DNA from: Terriglobia bacterium
GTDB lineage: Bacteria > Acidobacteriota > Polarisedimenticolia > Polarisedimenticolales > JAIQFR01
Assembly (NCBI GenBank): GCA_963748015.1
Contig: CAVVHE010000004.1
Location: 1,568,001 to 1,632,000, forward strand
Length of the DNA stretch: 64,000 nt
Reading direction: 5' to 3'
Position numbers and translations under genes: made by a program. Below are positions 9,276 to 19,666 of the stretch, in pieces. Position 1 is the first letter of the stretch; each line of letters begins with the position of its first letter. The notes under the pieces were generated by a model. It had not been told where the DNA came from, made no database searches, and saw only the letters and a list, made by a program, of their open reading frames with translations.

Positions 9276-11306
9276 TCAGAACGCCACGGAGACTCCCGCG
9301 CTCACCCTTTGGTTCAGGGCCGCGAGGGTCTTCAATCCGGTGGCGGACGCCGGGGCCGAGTCGCCGACCGCTCGCTGCGGCGAGGCGCGCGCCACGAGGA
9401 GGACCCGCCAGGACATCCCTCGGGGCTCGCCGCGGAGAACCGCCTGTGCGACCTGGAGCTCGACGAACTCCTGGGTCGTCCTTTCGGCCGTCGCTTCGGC
9501 CGCGGTCGTGTCTTCGACCCTTCGATACTCCGCGAAGACGTCCGTGCCCGACCCCGCCACGCGCACCCCGACCCGGCCTCCCCGATAGCGGAGGCTGCGG
9601 TCGGCGAGGAGCTGCAACGGCACCTCGAACGGGAACACCTGCGCCAGCGAACCTTCCGCGCTGCCCCGGAGGAGCTCCACGTAGGTGTGAACGCCCGCGG
9701 CGTCGTGGGAGAGGGTGAGGGTCCCGCGCGTCGCGCTCACGAATCCGTCCGTCGCGTAGAGCGGGGTGAAGCCGGGATCGATCCGCTCCCAGACCGCGCC
9801 CGCCGCGTCGAACGCCACCGGCTCGTAGGCCTGCGCCGCCTTGAGAGCGAATCCCCAGGGCAGCGCCGTCTCCACGGCGGCGTCGTAGCCGAGCGCCGGG
9901 TCCTGGCGCGCCGTTCCCGAGATGGGCCACCCCTGGGGCAACGCGGCTCCGCCGTCCGCGAACATGTCGTACAGGAGGACCACCCGTGCGCGCCACGCGC
10001 CCTCGGTCCAACTCCCTCCGAACCGCGGTTCCACCACGGACAGCGTCCGAGCGTCCGACCCGCGCACGTACCCGAGACCGTACACGACGGTCAACGGCTT
10101 CGAGACAAGCCACTGGTCCTCGCCCCGCACGCGCACGTTCCATCGCGCGGCCGACTCGGGACTTCCGGAGATTGGCATCGTGGCGACGTAGCTTCGCGGC
10201 AGCGGATGGTCGAGGTGGCTCGCCTCGATATCCACGCGGATCTGGTGGCGATCCGAAGCGACGCTTTCGTAGGTGCCGCCCGCCGCCATCGCCCGGCTCG
10301 CGAACGACCGGCGCGGGTCCTCGCCGGAAAGAAGGGCGGGACTCGCGGAAACGGTGCCGGGGAAGCTCGCGAGCGTATCGAGGTAGCCGACCTTCACGCC
10401 GAGGCGCGAGGCCGCGTCGAGCTGCGTGGACCAGTTGGCGTCGTAACCCCAGGATTGTCGCGCCTGGCGAAGCCGGCCGGCCGACTGGGGCGTTCCCATC
10501 GCAACGTCCAGGTCCCCCTGGGTGTAGCTCGCCTTCATGGCGAGGCTCGCGTCGGGCCCGGTCGAGCACGAGGCCTCGACGAAGACCGACGAGGCAAGGT
10601 GGCTCGACGTCTCGGCGTCACCCTCCGCCGAGGCGACCCGGTTGAAGCTCTCCCGCTGTCCGCTGACCCTCACGCTGCCGACCTGGCCGATCGAGCTCGC
10701 GAGCCGCATCCGAGTCTCGGCGCCTCCCGCTTCGGACGCTTCACCCGCTCCGCCGAGGAGAGGCCCGGAAAGGTTGACGAGGTGGTCGAACTGGCCCTCG
10801 ATCATCTCGGCGACCGGCGAGCCGGCGTGGGGCGGCCCGCCGCTCCCCTCCTGCCGGAGCAGGTCCGCGGCGTCGGTCTCTCGCAGGAGGCTCCGGGCCG
10901 GGAGCCTCAGGATCCAGGAGGCGTCCGCGGGCGCCTGGGGCGCACTTCCGCTGTCGGCCGGGACCGGGCGCAGCACGAGGTCCAGGGAGCTGCGCAACAG
11001 GGTATCGAAGCGTCCTAGAAAGGCGAGGTAGCCCTGCTTGATCGCCGCGACGCGGTAGACGCCTGGAGTGAGTCCGGCCACGAAAAAGCGGCCGCGATCG
11101 TCCGTTCGAGCCACGGCGAGGGGGTCCACGTCCGCGGAGTCCCCGAGAACGAAGACCTCGACCTCCTCGATGGCCCGGCCAAGGCTGTCCTTGACCATCC
11201 CGTGGAGCGTCGGAGAAGTGAGATCGCGGGCGACGCAAGGAGGGCTTGCAAGAAGGAGAGCAAGACCCACGAGGAACGCCGCACCGCTCCCGCGAACCCT
11301 CGGCAT
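9276..11306 (-). CDS. Secreted or outer-membrane protein with N-terminal carboxypeptidase-regulatory-like domain
   Basis: ATG 11306 with GGAGG; signal peptide; ARTDDRGRFFVAGLTPGVYRVAAIKQGY; beta-strand-rich remainder ending VSAGVSVAF. Confidence 0.7.
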   Translation of the reverse strand: MPRVRGSGAAFLVGLALLLASPPCVARDLTSPTLHGMVKDSLGRAIEEVEVFVLGDSADVDPLAVARTDDRGRFFVAGLTPGVYRVAAIKQGYLAFLGRFDTLLRSSLDLVLRPVPADSGSAPQAPADASWILRLPARSLLRETDAADLLRQEGSGGPPHAGSPVAEMIEGQFDHLVNLSGPLLGGAGEASEAGGAETRMRLASSIGQVGSVRVSGQRESFNRVASAEGDAETSSHLASSVFVEASCSTGPDASLAMKASYTQGDLDVAMGTPQSAGRLRQARQSWGYDANWSTQLDAASRLGVKVGYLDTLASFPGTVSASPALLSGEDPRRSFASRAMAAGGTYESVASDRHQIRVDIEASHLDHPLPRSYVATMPISGSPESAARWNVRVRGEDQWLVSKPLTVVYGLGYVRGSDARTLSVVEPRFGGSWTEGAWRARVVLLYDMFADGGAALPQGWPISGTARQDPALGYDAAVETALPWGFALKAAQAYEPVAFDAAGAVWERIDPGFTPLYATDGFVSATRGTLTLSHDAAGVHTYVELLRGSAEGSLAQVFPFEVPLQLLADRSLRYRGGRVGVRVAGSGTDVFAEYRRVEDTTAAEATAERTTQEFVELQVAQAVLRGEPRGMSWRVLLVARASPQRAVGDSAPASATGLKTLAALNQRVSAGVSVAF

Positions 11307-11410
11307 TCCGCCTCCAGGCCGGCCGGTCCCCACACCGACCGGACCGTTCCTAACATTAGATGCCTCATTGCCGCTTGTCAACGGCTTTCGAAGCAATAGG
11401 ATGGGGGCTG

Positions 11411-12280
11411 ATGAACGGACGAGTGACCACCCGCGCCGGCGATCGCCCGAGGCGGAGCCGTATCCGGCTCCTGCCGGCCGTCCTGACCCTCGCGCTCGCC
11501 GTCGCGCTGGGGCGGGCCGCCGGCGGCTCTCCCGTCCGGCAGGAGCAGGCGCTCCGGGTCGAGGTCACTCCCCTGATCATCGAGCGAGGGACGACGCGCT
11601 CGCTCGAGCCCCTCACGATCGAGGCGACCCGAGACGAGCCCGGCCTCGTCGAGTCCTCGATCCCGTGGTCGCCCTCGGGTCCGCCGATGTCCCTGAGCCT
11701 CGAGATCGGTGTGGGCGAGGGGGGCGAGGAGGACGAGCACGCGCTGCGCCTGGTCGCGACGGCTCGAATCCCCGGATCGCCTCCCGTCCGATCGAGCCGC
11801 GAGTTGAAACTCTCCGAGGGGACGACCGGGCTGTTCGACGTCGTATCGGAAGGAGAACGGCGTCTCGTGCTGTCGCTTCGGGTGGAGACGGTCTCGAGGA
11901 CCGTCGTGCGAGGCGCGCGGAAGGTAGGAGCCGCGGTCCTGTTCCTCCTCTCCGTCGAGCGCCGCGACGGCGATCGCTCGGTCCTGCTCGAGACCAACCG
12001 CCTCGTGACGTTTCTCCGGGAGGGGGTCGAGTACTCCTTCTCGCGAGGCGAGGGAAACTCTCGCGAGTCGCTGCGGCTCGTCCTCACGCCGGTGCGCCTC
12101 GAAGGAGACCTCGCCGAGATCGAGGTGGACGTGTCCGGCTCGCTGCCGGCTTCCGCCGGCCCGCTCCTGCTCTCGCGCCGCGAGCGCATCTTCGCGAGTC
12201 GCGGAGCGACCTCGACCGTCGAGGTCACTGCGGGCGAGCCGCCCGCCGGCTACCGCTTCCGGATCACCCCGGACTTCTGA
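11411..12280 (+). CDS. Hypothetical secreted protein
   Basis: Signal-like LLPAVLTLALAVAL; beta-rich; directly upstream of the amidase on the same strand. Confidence 0.65.
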   Translation: MNGRVTTRAGDRPRRSRIRLLPAVLTLALAVALGRAAGGSPVRQEQALRVEVTPLIIERGTTRSLEPLTIEATRDEPGLVESSIPWSPSGPPMSLSLEIGVGEGGEEDEHALRLVATARIPGSPPVRSSRELKLSEGTTGLFDVVSEGERRLVLSLRVETVSRTVVRGARKVGAAVLFLLSVERRDGDRSVLLETNRLVTFLREGVEYSFSRGEGNSRESLRLVLTPVRLEGDLAEIEVDVSGSLPASAGPLLLSRRERIFASRGATSTVEVTAGEPPAGYRFRITPDF

Positions 12281-12297
12281 GCGGGTAGAGGGACACC

Positions 12298-14058
12298 GTG
12301 AACGCCGCGATTCTCGCCGCGCTCCTCCTCGCCTCGCCCGTCCCGTCCCCCGGCGCCCCTCCCGGGACCGGGTCGCCGGGGGCCACGGCCGAGTTGGCGC
12401 TCGGCGTCAACGTCCGGATCGGCGTCACCGCGGGCCGGGAGATCGATCTCGTCGTCCGCCCCGCGGCCGGCGAGAGCTGGCACGACCTGGCTCGCATCTA
12501 TGCCGCCGCTCCGGCCGCCTCCGAGGAGCTCGCGCGGCTGCACGCGAGCCGGAGCCCGGCGCCCGGGACCGACGTCAGGATCCCGATCTCGCTCCTGAAC
12601 GACGACTACCGCTCGCTGGTTCTCCTCAACCTCTTTCCCGACGACAAGCTCGACCGCGGCGACTGGATCCACGTCGCGCGCGCGGGCCGCCTCCCGACGC
12701 CCGACGAGGGGCTCTGGCAGGTCGCGGAATGGTTCGTCGGCGACGGGCGGAAGTACCAGGAGATCGCGCAGGCCAACGGACTGCGCTCGCCGGAGCTCTC
12801 CTTGGGGCAAACGGTACGGATTCCCTCGGCGCTGCTGCACCGCTCGCTGGTGCCGGGGCCGACCTCGGACGACGGGGCGATCACCTACGCTCAGGACGAG
12901 CACGGGCCCTACGGAGGGTACCGGCTCAAGGCGGGCGAGGCGCTCTACTCCGCGGTCGTCGTCCGCTTCACGGGCCGCACCGATCCCGACGACGTCAACG
13001 CGCTCGCCGCGAAACTCGCGGAGCGCTCGGGCATCCGGGACGTGACCGACATCCCGGTCGGCTTCCGGGTCAGGATCCCGTTCGACCTGCTCGAGCCGGA
13101 GTTCCTACCCCCGGACCATCCCCGACGCCGCGAGACGGAGGCCGACAGGAAGGAGATGGCCGACGAGCTCGCCAGGAGCCCCGTGCGCCCGGCGCGAGGC
13201 GCTCTCGAGGGCGTGCTCGTGATCCTCGACCCGGGGCATGGCGGCAGGGACCTCGGCACGATCAACCACGGGGTGTGGGAGCACGACTACGTTTACGACG
13301 TCGCCTGCCGGCTCAAGGCGCAGATCGAAAAGGAGACCGCCGCGAGGGTGTTCATGACGCTCGAGGAGCCGGGCATCGGATTCGAGCCCTCGACGGGAGA
13401 CCGCCTGGTCGCGAGCCGCCGCGGCACGCTCCGCACCCATCCGCCGTTCAGCGCGCGCGAGGAGGGCGAGTCGTCCGTCGCGGTCAACCTCCGCTGGTAC
13501 CTGGCGAACTCGGTGCTGAGGAAGGCCAGGCTGGACGGCACGGCGCCGGACCGGGTGCTGTTCCTCTCCCTGCACGCGGATTCCCGCCACCCGTCGCTGC
13601 GAGGCCTGATGGTCTACGTTCCCGGCCAGCGCTTCCGCGGCGGCGTGCACGGGGATCGTCGCGCGGGGTACATGCGGTTCCAGGAGGTGCGCGAGGCGCC
13701 GACGGTCCGGTTCGACCGGCGTGACATCGTCCGATCGGAGGCGGTCTCGCGGCGCCTCGCCACCGGCGTCGTCGAGGCGTTCAGGAAGGAAGGGCTTCCG
13801 GTTCAGCCTTATCACCCCGTGCGCGACCGCGTGATCCGGGGGCGGCAGACGTGGCTTCCCGCCGTCCTCCGCGGCAACGCCGTTCCCGCGAAGATCCTGG
13901 TCGAGATGGTCAACATGAGCAATCCCCAGGACGCGTCGCTCCTCGGCGCGGCGCGGGACCGGGACCGGCTGGCGCGGGCGCTGCTGCGCGGCATCGCGTC
14001 CTACTTCGGCGAGGCGCAGTCGGGGAGCGCGGGTATCGCGGGCTCCCGCCTTCCTTGA
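12298..14058 (+). CDS. N-acetylmuramoyl-L-alanine amidase (Amidase_3) with LysM-like domains
   Basis: ILDPGHGGRD, FLSLHAD, ILVEMVNMSN; LysM-like LWQVAEWF...IAQANGL. Confidence 0.88.
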   Translation: MNAAILAALLLASPVPSPGAPPGTGSPGATAELALGVNVRIGVTAGREIDLVVRPAAGESWHDLARIYAAAPAASEELARLHASRSPAPGTDVRIPISLLNDDYRSLVLLNLFPDDKLDRGDWIHVARAGRLPTPDEGLWQVAEWFVGDGRKYQEIAQANGLRSPELSLGQTVRIPSALLHRSLVPGPTSDDGAITYAQDEHGPYGGYRLKAGEALYSAVVVRFTGRTDPDDVNALAAKLAERSGIRDVTDIPVGFRVRIPFDLLEPEFLPPDHPRRRETEADRKEMADELARSPVRPARGALEGVLVILDPGHGGRDLGTINHGVWEHDYVYDVACRLKAQIEKETAARVFMTLEEPGIGFEPSTGDRLVASRRGTLRTHPPFSAREEGESSVAVNLRWYLANSVLRKARLDGTAPDRVLFLSLHADSRHPSLRGLMVYVPGQRFRGGVHGDRRAGYMRFQEVREAPTVRFDRRDIVRSEAVSRRLATGVVEAFRKEGLPVQPYHPVRDRVIRGRQTWLPAVLRGNAVPAKILVEMVNMSNPQDASLLGAARDRDRLARALLRGIASYFGEAQSGSAGIAGSRLP

Positions 14059-14086
14059 CAGCATCCGGCATCGATCTTATTGTCAA
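14055..14086 (+). promoter_or_regulatory. Sigma-70 promoter with overlapping inverted repeat
   Basis: TTGACA(14055)-17 nt-TATTGT(14078); TTGACA...TGTCAA dyad. Confidence 0.5.
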
Positions 14087-14114
14087 CTTGAGTCGTTGCC
14101 GGGAGGTTTCGTTC

Positions 14115-14393
14115 ATGCCGCTCTATGAGTACCAGTGCAAGTCCTGCGGAAGCACGTTCGAGGTCATCCAGAAATTCAGCGACCGTGCTCTCAGGAAGTG
14201 CAGCGACTGCTCGGGCCCGCTCCAGAAGCTGGTTTCGAGAAGCTCCTTCCATCTCAAGGGCGGCGGTTGGTACACCAACGACTACTCCTCCTCCAAGCCC
14301 GCACCCACTTCGACCGAAAGCAAGACGACGAAGAAACCCTGCGACGCGGGCTCGTCCGGGGGCGGCTGCGCCTCGGGAGACTGCTCCAGCTGA
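14115..14393 (+). CDS. FmdB family zinc-ribbon protein
   Basis: MPLYEYQCKSCG...CSDC...FHLKGGGWY; GGAGG SD. Confidence 0.9.
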   Translation: MPLYEYQCKSCGSTFEVIQKFSDRALRKCSDCSGPLQKLVSRSSFHLKGGGWYTNDYSSSKPAPTSTESKTTKKPCDAGSSGGGCASGDCSS

Positions 14394-14479
14394 CCTCGCC
14401 CCTCGTGAGCGTCCGCCGTCGTTGACCCTCCGAGGGCCCGCGTGAAATAATCCCTTCTTTCCGCGCGGGGTGATTCGAC

Positions 14480-15781
14480 GTGAAAGTCCTGCTCGTGGGT
14501 GGAGGAGGGCGCGAGGACGCGCTGGCCTGGGCGCTCCACCGCAGCCCGGACGTCCGTGTCCTGCGCTGCGCCCCGGGCAATGCGGGGATCGCGAGGCACG
14601 CCGAGCGGGTGCCCGTCGCGGCGGAAGACGTGGACGCCCTGACGGAGCACGCCCTCCGGGAGCGATACGACCTGGTCGTCGTCGGCCCCGAGGCTCCGCT
14701 GGTCGCGGGGCTCGCGGATCGCTTGAGTACCGCGGGGCTGTCGGTGTTCGGCCCCTCGAAGGGCGCGGCCGAGATCGAGGGCAGCAAGGTCTTCGCCAAG
14801 CGGTTCATGGATCGCCACGGCATTCCGACGGCTCGCTTCGAGGTGTTCGAGGACGCCGGCCGCGCGATCTCCTTCCTCGGCTCGAGCGACGTGTCGTACC
14901 CGCTCGTCGTGAAGGCGGACGGCCTCGCGGCCGGTAAAGGGGTCGTCATCGCCCCCGACCGGGAGACCGCGGCGGCCACGGCGACCGACATGCTCACCCA
15001 CGGCCGCTTCGGCGCCGCCGGGACCCGTATCATCGTGGAGGAGCTGCTCCGGGGCCGGGAAGCGTCGTTCTTCGTCCTCTGCGACGGCCGGCGCTTCGTC
15101 GAGCTGGCCACTTGCCAGGACTACAAGCGCGCGCAAGACGGGGATCGCGGTCCCAACACGGGCGGGATGGGCTGCTACTCGCCGTCCGTGTACCTGTCCG
15201 GCGCGCTGCGGCGCGAGATCCTGGACACCGTCGTCGCCCGGACCGTCGCCGGCCTCGCCGAGGAGGGTCGCCCTTACCGTGGCGTGCTCTACGTCGGGGT
15301 CATGCTCACGGACGAGGGACCGAGGGTCCTCGAGTACAACGCCCGGTTCGGCGACCCCGAGACGCAGGTGCTCATCCCCCGCCTCGACGGAGATTGGCTC
15401 CCGGCCCTGGCGGCGTGCGCCTCGGGAAGCCTCGACGGGCTCGCGCTCCGCTTCAAGCAGGAAGCGACGGTCTGCGTCGTCATGGCCTCCGGCGGGTATC
15501 CCGGGGCCTACGGGAAGGGATTCCCGATCGAGGGGATCCGCGAGGCGGAATCGCTGCCGAACGTGATGGTGTTCCACGCGGGAACGGGCCCGGCACCGGA
15601 CGGCGGCTACGTCACGACCGGGGGTCGCGTCCTGGGAGTGACCGCGCTCGGGGACACGCTGGCCGCGGCGCGGGACCTGGCCTATCGAGCGGTCGGCGCC
15701 ATTCGCTGGAGCGGCGCGCACCACCGGAGCGACATCGCCCTCGACGCGGTGCGCGTGCTGGAAGAAAGGGGAACGACATGA
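14480..15781 (+). CDS. purD: Phosphoribosylamine-glycine ligase
   Basis: [43 protein letters not shown]. Confidence 0.97.
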   Translation: MKVLLVGGGGREDALAWALHRSPDVRVLRCAPGNAGIARHAERVPVAAEDVDALTEHALRERYDLVVVGPEAPLVAGLADRLSTAGLSVFGPSKGAAEIEGSKVFAKRFMDRHGIPTARFEVFEDAGRAISFLGSSDVSYPLVVKADGLAAGKGVVIAPDRETAAATATDMLTHGRFGAAGTRIIVEELLRGREASFFVLCDGRRFVELATCQDYKRAQDGDRGPNTGGMGCYSPSVYLSGALRREILDTVVARTVAGLAEEGRPYRGVLYVGVMLTDEGPRVLEYNARFGDPETQVLIPRLDGDWLPALAACASGSLDGLALRFKQEATVCVVMASGGYPGAYGKGFPIEGIREAESLPNVMVFHAGTGPAPDGGYVTTGGRVLGVTALGDTLAAARDLAYRAVGAIRWSGAHHRSDIALDAVRVLEERGTT

Positions 15782-16311
15782 GCGACGACCGGCCGCCGAA
15801 GGTGGCCATCCTCATGGGCAGCGACTCGGACCTCCCGGTCATGGCCGAGGCGGCCCGCATGCTGGAGTCGCTCGACGTGCCGTACGAGCTCACGGTCACG
15901 TCGGCGCACAGGACGCCGGAGCGCACCACGGAGATCGTCCGCGGGGCCCCGGCGCGCGGGGTCAGGGTGTTCGTCGTCGGCGCGGGAAGCGCCGCCCACC
16001 TCGCGGGGGTCGTCGCCGCGCACACCACGCTCCCCGTGCTGGGGGTGCCGCTCCCCTCCTCGGAGCTCCAGGGACTCGACGCGCTGCTGTCCACCGTGCA
16101 GATGCCGGCGGGTATTCCCGTGGGGACGCTGGCGATCGGCAAGGCGGGCGCGGCCAACGCGGCGATCCTCGCCGCCGAGATCCTCGCGCTGTCGGACGAG
16201 GCGCTCGCCGGCCGATTGGCCGCGGCGAGGCGCGAGATGTCGGCCAAGGTCGAGGCGCGCTCCGAGGAAGCCAGGAAGAAGCTCCTCTCGCTCCTCGGCC
16301 GGACGCCGTGA
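15778..16311 (+). CDS. purE: N5-CAIR mutase
   Basis: [38 protein letters not shown] overlap with purD. Confidence 0.97.
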   Translation: MSDDRPPKVAILMGSDSDLPVMAEAARMLESLDVPYELTVTSAHRTPERTTEIVRGAPARGVRVFVVGAGSAAHLAGVVAAHTTLPVLGVPLPSSELQGLDALLSTVQMPAGIPVGTLAIGKAGAANAAILAAEILALSDEALAGRLAAARREMSAKVEARSEEARKKLLSLLGRTP

Positions 16312-17621
16312 GCCGCCCCGGCTACCACACGCTCACGCTCGGGTGCAAGCTGAACCGTTTCGACAGCGCGGCGGTCGAGGCGGAGCTCGAGCACAGAGGG
16401 TACGTCTTCGAATCCGACCTCTCCGCCGCGGCGCTCGTGGTCGTGAACACCTGCACGGTCACCGGCAAGGCCGATGCCGAAGCGCGCCGTCTCATTCGCC
16501 GCGTCCGCCGCGCGAACCCCGGCTGCCGCCTGCTCGTCACCGGGTGCTACGCCGAGCTCGACCCCGGGGCCGTCGGCGGGATCGAGGGCGTGGACCGCGT
16601 CTTCGGCAACCGGGACAAGCCGAGCCTGCCCGTCATTCTCGACGAGCTGGGGATCGGCGCGGGTCCGGAGGCGGCCGCGGCGGACCGGAGGCTCGGCGCG
16701 CCGGCGCCGCGCTTCGCGGGCCGGGGCCGCGCGTATCTCAAGGTCCAGGAAGGTTGCGACCTCGCGTGCTCGTACTGCGTGATCCCGCGAGTCCGCGGCC
16801 GCAGCCGCTCCGTGGGCCCGGAGCGGGTCGAGGCGAACTTCCTCGCTCTCGTCGCGGCCGGATACCGCGAGATCGTCCTGACCGGGGTCAACACCGGCGA
16901 CTGGGGGCGGGACCTCGCGCCCCGGCTCTCGCTCGAGAGCCTGCTCGCGAGACTCCTCGAGATCGCCGGGCCGAACCGGATCCGTCTGAACTCCCTCGAG
17001 CCCCTCACCGTCACCGACGGGATCCTCCGCCTGATGGCCGGGGATGCGCGCCTCGCGCCGCACCTTCAGGTCCCCTTGCAGTCGGGATCGGGGCCGGTCC
17101 TCCGCGCGATGCGCCGGAATTACCGGCCGTCACAGTACCTCGAGCGCGTCGGCGCGCTCCGCGAGGCGCTCCCCGACGCGGCGATCGGCGCGGACGTCAT
17201 CGTCGGCTTCCCCGGCGAGACCGTGGAGCGGTTCGAGGAAACGCTGCGCTTCGTCGAGAGCTCGCCGCTCGACTACCTCCACGTCTTCCCGTGGTCGCCG
17301 CGTCCCGGAGTCCCGGCGGCATCGCTCCCCGGGAGGCCCGGCGGACGCGACGTGGCGGAGCGCTCGGCGCGCTTGAGGGAGCTCGGCGAACGGCGGTTCC
17401 TCGAATTCCGCCGGCGGTTCGAGGGGCGCACGCTCGACGCGGTCGTGCTCGGAGGGCGGCGCGACGACGGGAGCTGGCGGGCGCTGACCGGGAACTTCAT
17501 CGAGGCGGCGGTCGACGGCGAGGACCTCGCGCCGCGACGTCCCGTCAACGTCCGGATCCTGCGAGCGGAAGGCGCCGCGACGCTCGCGGCGGTCGTGGGC
17601 GTACCCGCCTGGGCGGGCTAG
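16308..17621 (+). CDS. mtaB: tRNA t6A37 methylthiotransferase (radical SAM)
   Basis: [38 protein letters not shown]. Confidence 0.85.
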   Translation: MSRPGYHTLTLGCKLNRFDSAAVEAELEHRGYVFESDLSAAALVVVNTCTVTGKADAEARRLIRRVRRANPGCRLLVTGCYAELDPGAVGGIEGVDRVFGNRDKPSLPVILDELGIGAGPEAAAADRRLGAPAPRFAGRGRAYLKVQEGCDLACSYCVIPRVRGRSRSVGPERVEANFLALVAAGYREIVLTGVNTGDWGRDLAPRLSLESLLARLLEIAGPNRIRLNSLEPLTVTDGILRLMAGDARLAPHLQVPLQSGSGPVLRAMRRNYRPSQYLERVGALREALPDAAIGADVIVGFPGETVERFEETLRFVESSPLDYLHVFPWSPRPGVPAASLPGRPGGRDVAERSARLRELGERRFLEFRRRFEGRTLDAVVLGGRRDDGSWRALTGNFIEAAVDGEDLAPRRPVNVRILRAEGAATLAAVVGVPAWAG

Positions 17622-17633
17622 TCCGCGCGCCGG

Positions 17634-18818
17634 TCAGGGCTTCGCGGCGTCGGCCGCCACCGGCACGACGATGCTGTTCTCGGGCGGATCCCCCGCCGCG
17701 ATCACCCGGGCGAGAATGTCCTTGTGGGTGGCGTCGCCGGTCGAGGTGATCTCGCGATAGCTCGCCAGGACGGCCGGCAGCCCCCGGACGCTCGAATCGG
17801 TGGGATCGGGACGGTCCATGGCCTGGACGTGCAGATGCGGCAGGACCGTGTTGCCGCTGTTGCCGCAGCGCGCGATCGTGTCCCCCGCCCGGACGCGGTC
17901 TCCCGGCTTCACGCGGACGGTCCCCTGCCGCAGGTGGGCGAGCATCACGTAGGTCCCGCTCCCCGCATCGATCACGACGAGGTTGCCGAAGATCCAGGCG
18001 GGCCGCTCCAGGTCCTCGAGAAGCGTGCGCCGCGGAAACTCCTTGAGCCCCTCGTTGTCCGGGATGTCGTTCTCGATGCGAGCCACCGTGCCGTCCACCG
18101 GAGCGAAGATCGGGAGGTCGAAGCTGTAGCTGTCCTCGTTGCGCCGCGTCGTCTCGTAGCCGTCCTTCACGGTGCGGCCGGAAGCGCCGAAGTGGACGAA
18201 GTCCCAGGCATAGTCGCTGCCGAATCCCCCTCGCCGGTGATTCGTCCGGCACCCGTGCCCCTGGGTGACGAGCCAGTAGCCCTCGAAGGGGACCCGGAGC
18301 ACGAGCGGCGCGGGCGAGGAGCGAAGCTCGACCTCGAACGACTCGGTCGAGCGCTGCCGCGTCAGCCCCGCCCGGCTGGAAATCGCGACGTCCAGCCGGA
18401 TCCGGCTCGCCCCCGGCGGAATCCGCTCGAGGCAAATTCCGAACCACTCCACGGAGGACTTGCCGGCGACCTTGCGCTGCCGCTCGATCGCCGCGTCCTT
18501 GGCGAAGAGGACGGAGCCTAGGTCGTCGGTGCGCAGGGTGCGGCCGTCCGCGAGATACCCGACCGAGACGTCCTCGATCCGGACCGTCCGCGTTCCGCGA
18601 TTCGCCATGTCGAGGTTGAGAACCGCATCCGCGCGATCGCGGCAGGCATGGGCGACGACCGCGCCACCCCTCGCGGAGATCTCGAGCTCGGTCTCGTCTC
18701 CGGCGGGTCGGTCCCCCGCCGGAGACGAATTGGAGCCCGCCGCGAGGGCGGCGCAGGCCGCCAGGGCAAGCCCCCATCCTCGCGCCGCGGCACGGCGTGT
18801 TGAGCGGCGATCGCGGAT
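17634..18818 (-). CDS. M23 family metallopeptidase (start probably upstream of ATG 18608)
   Basis: YAWDF, IFAPVDG, LAHL, CGNSGN, PHLH; frame stays open to an ATC at 18818 and encodes a signal peptide. Confidence 0.8.
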   Translation of the reverse strand: MRDRRSTRRAAARGWGLALAACAALAAGSNSSPAGDRPAGDETELEISARGGAVVAHACRDRADAVLNLDMANRGTRTVRIEDVSVGYLADGRTLRTDDLGSVLFAKDAAIERQRKVAGKSSVEWFGICLERIPPGASRIRLDVAISSRAGLTRQRSTESFEVELRSSPAPLVLRVPFEGYWLVTQGHGCRTNHRRGGFGSDYAWDFVHFGASGRTVKDGYETTRRNEDSYSFDLPIFAPVDGTVARIENDIPDNEGLKEFPRRTLLEDLERPAWIFGNLVVIDAGSGTYVMLAHLRQGTVRVKPGDRVRAGDTIARCGNSGNTVLPHLHVQAMDRPDPTDSSVRGLPAVLASYREITSTGDATHKDILARVIAAGDPPENSIVVPVAADAAKP

Positions 18819-18836
18819 GGGGGACCTCCCGCGGAG

Positions 18837-19115
18837 CTACTTCTTCTTGATGAGATCCTTCAGGGACTTCGCCACGGTGAACTTCACCACCGTCTTGGCG
18901 GCGATCTTGATCGGCTCGCCGGTCGCGGGGTTGCGTCCCATGCGGGCCTTGCGCTTCACGACCCGGAACTTCCCGAGTCCCTTCAGCGGGACCTCTCCGC
19001 TCTTCTTCACGGTCTTCTCGACGAGTACGGTCAGCCCCTCGAGGGCCGCCTTCGCCTGCTTCTTCTCCAGATTCGCGGTCTCTGCAAGGGCCTGGATCAA
19101 TTCGGTCTTGGTCAT
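18837..19115 (-). CDS. hup: HU family DNA-binding protein
   Basis: MTKTELIQALAE...GLGKF...RMGRNPATGEPIKIAAK. Confidence 0.95.
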   Translation of the reverse strand: MTKTELIQALAETANLEKKQAKAALEGLTVLVEKTVKKSGEVPLKGLGKFRVVKRKARMGRNPATGEPIKIAAKTVVKFTVAKSLKDLIKKK

Positions 19116-19186
19116 CGAGTTTCCTCCCTTGGCTCGTGCCAGATGAGACTATTACCATCTGCGCTCGACAGAAATCAACCGAAAAA

Positions 19187-19666
19187 TTAGGGCTCCCTTC
19201 GACTCGGCCCCGCGTCCGCGGCGGAGCGCTCCGTCCCCTCGACGATCTGCTCGCGCCTCGCGCGCGTCGGCCAGAGCGCTCCGGCGAGGATCAAATGGGC
19301 CGCGAGCCCGACGAGCGCGAACGGCTCGCGAGAGACGTGGAACGCGATCACGCCGAGCAGCGAGGCCGCCTCGGTGCACGCGAGCCCCGAGATCGTCGCC
19401 TTGCGCAGCGCGGCGGCGCGATCCGCGGGGCGAGCGCCCGGGGCGATCCGGTCGAGGATGCCCCGGTACCACCGGTTTCCCGCGGCGAGGGCGACGAGGC
19501 CCGCGAGCGCCGCGGGGGCGACGAGCGCGCGCGACGGCGCGGGCGGCGGGACGAGGAGCGCCGCGGCGAGCAGCACGATCGGGGTCGCCGCGAGCATCGC
19601 GGCGATGCCGCGCGTCGCCGCCAGCATGCGCTCGACTTCCGGCTCTCCCGCGACCGGCTCGCTCAA
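19187..19666 (-). CDS. Small hypothetical membrane protein
   Basis: TTG start overlapping the upstream stop; about 4 hydrophobic segments. Confidence 0.6.
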   Translation of the reverse strand: MSEPVAGEPEVERMLAATRGIAAMLAATPIVLLAAALLVPPPAPSRALVAPAALAGLVALAAGNRWYRGILDRIAPGARPADRAAALRKATISGLACTEAASLLGVIAFHVSREPFALVGLAAHLILAGALWPTRARREQIVEGTERSAADAGPSRREP

